From a virus (taxonomy: Duplodnaviria > Caudoviricetes): a stretch of 28,961 bases of DNA. Positions 25,927 through 28,961 of the stretch are shown one piece after another. The stretch spans positions 1 through 28,961 of IMG/VR virus record IMGVR_UViG_3300025372_000030. One strand, given 5' to 3'. The position numbers were made by a program, and so were the translations under genes. Numbering within the stretch: position 1 is the stretch's first letter; every line of letters starts with the position of its first letter. The notes beneath the pieces are model-generated. The model made no database searches and was not told where the DNA came from. It saw only the letters and a list, made by a program, of their open reading frames with translations.

Positions 25927-26630
25927 ACCCCGACATTAACATTGAGGTCGCAAGGCTCCGTGCAGAAAATTCTCAGTTGCAAAAAGAATTAACTAAATCT
26001 GAATCCGAAAGATTACAGATTGAAGACATTAATGGATGGATTGATTCGGAGTTTCAAATTGCAAACAAGAGGGCATTGCAAGCCGAAGCAGAGGTCGCAA
26101 GGCTCCGTGAGGCTATAAAACCATTTTTAAGATTTGCCAACGGAATCCCCGACAACTGGCCCGAACAATGCATTCTTCGATTCGATCAGAGAATCGATGG
26201 GTCTCTCAATATCAGCTATTATGGAGTCCAAGATGCCAGCGATGGAATTACGATCAAGCAATGGAGGGAACTAGCACGACTCGCCTCCGCGCCAGAGGAA
26301 CCAGTTATCCAAGATTCTCGAATAACTGAACCCGTGAGCGAATGCAAACGCTGTAAGGGTCGCGGAACTGTATGGAGTAGCGCAGTAGAACCAGCAGGGG
26401 GATTAGCAATTTGCCCTGAATGTGAAACCCAAGACGGTGCAACGATGGACGACGAGGATTGGAACTTAAAGCCAAAGCAGGAGGAGATGCCGCTGGAGAA
26501 GGAACTAGACTACCTCACCCGCGAAGCATCCCGCGCATCAGACATCCACAACCATGTGCTTATCGTGGACTGCCTCCGCTACCTCCGCGACGAGATCCAG
26601 AAGCTAAAGGATAAAAATACCAATGATTGA
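25923..26630 (+). CDS. Mosaic hypothetical protein
   Basis: ATGA overlap; coiled-coil EVARLR segments; CKRCKGRG...CPEC zinc ribbon. GC-richer than flanks. Confidence 0.7.
   Translation: MNPDINIEVARLRAENSQLQKELTKSESERLQIEDINGWIDSEFQIANKRALQAEAEVARLREAIKPFLRFANGIPDNWPEQCILRFDQRIDGSLNISYYGVQDASDGITIKQWRELARLASAPEEPVIQDSRITEPVSECKRCKGRGTVWSSAVEPAGGLAICPECETQDGATMDDEDWNLKPKQEEMPLEKELDYLTREASRASDIHNHVLIVDCLRYLRDEIQKLKDKNTND
25944..26109 (+). repeat. 19-bp exact direct repeat, in frame, 147 bp apart
   Basis: GAGGTCGCAAGGCTCCGTG at 25944-25962 and 26091-26109. Confidence 0.9.
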
Positions 26631-27102
26631 GATACTAGACATACCTCAATACATTCTCATAGATGCGATTAAACGTAGTAAAAAATTAGGACGTTTACAT
26701 AACAGCATAACAAAGGGTGGTGGTAATATTATCGGTTATATAGGACAAGCCTTGGTCGCCCGGCACCTAAAGGCGGAAGACATTGATGACTACCAGTTCG
26801 ATGTAATGAAGGACGGTGTAAAGTTTGAAGTTAAAACAAAACGTTGTACAAGTAAACCAAAGCCAGATTATGATTGCTCAGTAAGCGAGTTTAACACGGA
26901 ACAGAAATGTGATTACTATGTTTTTGTACGAGTGATGGAAGATTTTTCCAAGGCATGGATTCTCGGTAAAAAGAAACGAAATAAATATTTCAAGCAAGCA
27001 AGGTTCTGCAAGAAGGGAGAAAAGGACGAGAAGAGTCATTTAGGATGGACTTTTAAATCTTCTTGTTATAATCTTGAAATTTCAGAACTAGATCCAATTT
27101 AA
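26623..27102 (+). CDS. Putative PD-(D/E)xK-fold nuclease-like protein
   Basis: 'YQFDV...GVKFEVKTK', 'CDYYVFVRV....AWILG'. Confidence 0.6.
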   Translation: MIEILDIPQYILIDAIKRSKKLGRLHNSITKGGGNIIGYIGQALVARHLKAEDIDDYQFDVMKDGVKFEVKTKRCTSKPKPDYDCSVSEFNTEQKCDYYVFVRVMEDFSKAWILGKKKRNKYFKQARFCKKGEKDEKSHLGWTFKSSCYNLEISELDPI

Positions 27103-27105
27103 TTT

Positions 27106-27354
27106 ATGAGTGAAAATAAATCTACAGGAGCAGGAAAGGGTGATTCGCCTCGTCCGGTAAGCAAGAAAAAATGGGATGCAAACTATGATTCGATTAATTG
27201 GAATCATAAAAAAGAATTAAAATGTGATGACTGCAAAAAACAAAAGAGCGATGTAGAGGAAACTTTCTGCCCCTTTGAGGAAGAAATCAACGATAATAAA
27301 GTTGCGGTAAAACTTTGTCGTGATTGCTATCTCAACCGTTGCGACGAAATATAA
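27106..27354 (+). CDS. Small hypothetical protein with Cys cluster
   Basis: 'GAGKGDSPRPV....WDANYDSINW' module plus CxxC...C...CxxC. Confidence 0.7.
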   Translation: MSENKSTGAGKGDSPRPVSKKKWDANYDSINWNHKKELKCDDCKKQKSDVEETFCPFEEEINDNKVAVKLCRDCYLNRCDEI

Positions 27355-27355
27355 T

Positions 27356-27384
27356 TTGACAGGACAAGAAAATTGTATTATTAT
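27356..27384 (+). promoter_or_regulatory. Sigma70-type promoter for the tmRNA/tRNA operon
   Basis: TTGACA-N17-TATTAT. A GTGTAA motif follows at 27407-27412. Confidence 0.75.
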
Positions 27385-27474
27385 AAGAGAGTAGGTTGAT
27401 TACTGTGTGTAAATAACTTATACTGGATCCTAGTATCCTTTAATGATCTTTGATAGTAAAATCTAATTTATAAC

Positions 27475-27916
27475 GGGGGTGCAATGGTCTCGACTTAATC
27501 GTTGAAATCTGTATATGCATGCAGTGGTTAATCGTCCGGCCACTTTAAAAGACGATTAAAAAACTAAACGCAGAGGATAATACCGACGCAATCCTAGCAG
27601 AAGCAGAGTACATCTTCAACAACGCTGACCAGTTCATCGTTGATGGGGCTGAGCTACTAGCTGCCTAAGGAATCAAGAGAGGATCCTATTAAATCTTTTG
27701 GAAACCGCAATAGGTTTGGTGGGTCACCTGAGCCAATAAAACAAACGGTGTCTGCAACTGAGGGCTAAGGACGCTTCAGTAGGTAGGACTCTAAACACGG
27801 ATAGGTTAATAACACCTTGTTACCTGTAGTCAACCAAAGTACAAAGTTATTTAAGCATGTGAATGAATATATGGATCCCAATATTAAGGACGCGGGTTCG
27901 ATTCCCGCCACCTCCA
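27475..27916 (+). ncRNA. ssrA: tmRNA (one-piece)
   Basis: 5' GGGGGTG...GGTCTCGAC. 3' GGACGCGGGTTCGATTCCCGCCACCTCCA with G3:U70. Pseudoknot 1 (TTAATCGTC/GACGATTAA). TAAAC-GCA resume site at 27570, with a tag ending LAA*. Confidence 0.95.
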
Positions 27917-27998
27917 GGTTATGCTAGGTCGCACCTAGCTGAAGGGCAAACACAGGACAAGGCCAATGAGATAAAAATAAATCCTGTACAATTTTAAA

Positions 27999-28074
27999 GC
28001 CCTTGTAGCTCAGTTGATAGAGCAGCTGATTTGTAATCAGCAGGTCGTCGGTTTGAATCCGACCGGGGGCTCCA
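27999..28074 (+). tRNA. tRNA-Thr (TGT)
   Basis: GCCCTTG/CGGGGGC acceptor, GCTGA-TTTGTAA-TCAGC, GTCGG-TTTGAAT-CCGAC, TCCA end. Confidence 0.93.
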
Positions 28075-28080
28075 TATTAT

Positions 28081-28155
28081 TGAAGTGTAGCTCAATGGTA
28101 GAGCACTTGGCTGTTAACCAGGCTGTTATAGGTTCGAGTCCTATCACTTCAGCCA
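28081..28155 (+). tRNA. tRNA-Asn (GTT)
   Basis: TGAAGTG/CACTTCA acceptor, CTTGG-CTGTTAA-CCAGG, ATAGG-TTCGAGT-CCTAT, GCCA end. Confidence 0.95.
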
Positions 28156-28158
28156 TTT

Positions 28159-28331
28159 TCGAGGGCGGCGTGGAAACCATAGACACGCGGCATATATTGA
28201 TTACAGATGGGGGGCGATTGCTTCAACCGAGACCCTTCCTATCCGCTGGATCGACAAACATCGTATATGTCGGAATAAGAATATGCGGAGGTTGAAGTCT
28301 GCATGCGCGGAAGTAATGTACCGCCCCTCAA
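28159..28331 (+). ncRNA. Unclassified tRNA-like structured RNA (~170 nt)
   Basis: GC-rich block between two tRNAs with TTTT spacers. Terminal stem GAGGG/CCCTC, D-like, anticodon-like and T-like arms, internal hairpins and a potential pseudoknot (see findings). Confidence 0.6.
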
Positions 28332-28338
28332 ATTTTAT

Positions 28339-28415
28339 GCGGACGTGGCTCGACAAGAAAGGCAACGGTCTCCAAAACCGTCATAATGCAGGGGCAGTAC
28401 CTGCCGTCCGTGCCA
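28339..28415 (+). tRNA. tRNA-Trp (CCA), atypical D and T loops
   Basis: GCGGACG/CGTCCGT acceptor, ACGGT-CTCCAAA-ACCGT, T arm GCAGG-GGCAGTA-CCTGC, GCCA end. Confidence 0.85.
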
Positions 28416-28459
28416 TTTTGATAATGCCATCTAGGCACGATTGCATGTAATATAAATAT

Positions 28460-28961
28460 ATGAAAATATGTCTAAAATGTAATAAAGAGCACAAAAAACG
28501 TGGAAAGTTTTGTGGTAGAAGTTGTGGAAATTCCAGAATATTATCTGAAGAATATAAAAAACAAATATCTCTTCGCAATAAAAACAACCCCAATGTTTTA
28601 GAAGCTCTTAAAAAGGCAAGGATTAAATCTGCTGAAACTTTAACATCCCCTTCTTACAAGAAAAAATTAAGTTTATCTAAAACTGATAACTGTATATGTA
28701 AACAATGCAATAAGTCTTTTTATATACAACCAAGCTTAATTAATAAGCGAAAATTTTGCAACGGAAAATGCAGAAACCTTTTTAACAACAAGTTTATAAA
28801 AGCTTCTAGAAGCAAAGCGGAAATAGCTTTGCAGAAAAAATTGACAGAAAAATATCCAAATATGGATATTCGATATAATGATAGAATAGTTCTTAATGGG
28901 TTAGAGCTTGACGTATATTTCCCCTCTCTAAAAATAGCAATAGAGTGGAATGGAATATTTC
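28460..28961 (+). CDS. Zn-finger + DUF559/Vsr-like endonuclease (homing-type), 3'-truncated, not in ORF track
   Basis: MKICLKCNKEHKKRGKFCGRSCGNSR...CKQCNKSF...FCNGKC...RSKAE...GLELDVYFPSLKIAIEWNGIF. Open to the window end. Confidence 0.85.
   Translation, partial: MKICLKCNKEHKKRGKFCGRSCGNSRILSEEYKKQISLRNKNNPNVLEALKKARIKSAETLTSPSYKKKLSLSKTDNCICKQCNKSFYIQPSLINKRKFCNGKCRNLFNNKFIKASRSKAEIALQKKLTEKYPNMDIRYNDRIVLNGLELDVYFPSLKIAIEWNGIF

Noticed and set aside
27920-27952. Hammerhead-like 'CTGAAG...AAAC' after the tmRNA
   Set aside because: It lacks the CUGANGA/GAAA core and stem II.
28014-28295. 93-aa ORF in the track
   Set aside because: It overlaps tRNA-Thr, tRNA-Asn and the structured RNA; it is a shadow ORF.
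1-28961. Stop-codon reassignment (alternative genetic code)
   Set aside because: Recognisable genes are full length in code 11, TAA/TAG/TGA all terminate genes, and no suppressor-anticodon tRNA is seen.

Overview
AT-rich, gene-dense segment of a large lytic dsDNA bacteriophage genome, read in standard code 11. It holds the 3' part of a DnaE-type DNA polymerase III alpha gene and three modular, probably late/virion-associated proteins. Next come a metallopeptidase-vWA + MoxR-type AAA pair, nucleotide-metabolism genes (MazG-like NTP pyrophosphatase, ThyX), two glycosyltransferase-like genes (one closely resembling T4 DNA beta-glucosyltransferase), a macrodomain-like protein and an HNH nuclease. 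A 955-aa Cys-repeat/PA14/LamG adhesin-like protein sits on the minus strand. The right half is a translation/RNA-repair region: RNA ligase, metallophosphoesterase and HAD phosphatases, 7 tRNAs (several atypical), a tmRNA with a 32-residue tag, and two Zn-finger homing-type endonucleases placed directly after tRNAs. The main unexplained signals are: (i) a ~170-nt tRNA-shaped RNA with a hugely expanded, pseudoknotted anticodon-arm domain inside the tRNA array; (ii) eight sigma70-type promoters whose -35 box starts exactly 35 nt before an ATG, implying leaderless mRNAs; (iii) a second recurring GTGTAA motif that is a candidate late promoter. All family assignments are from motif recognition by eye; no searches were run.
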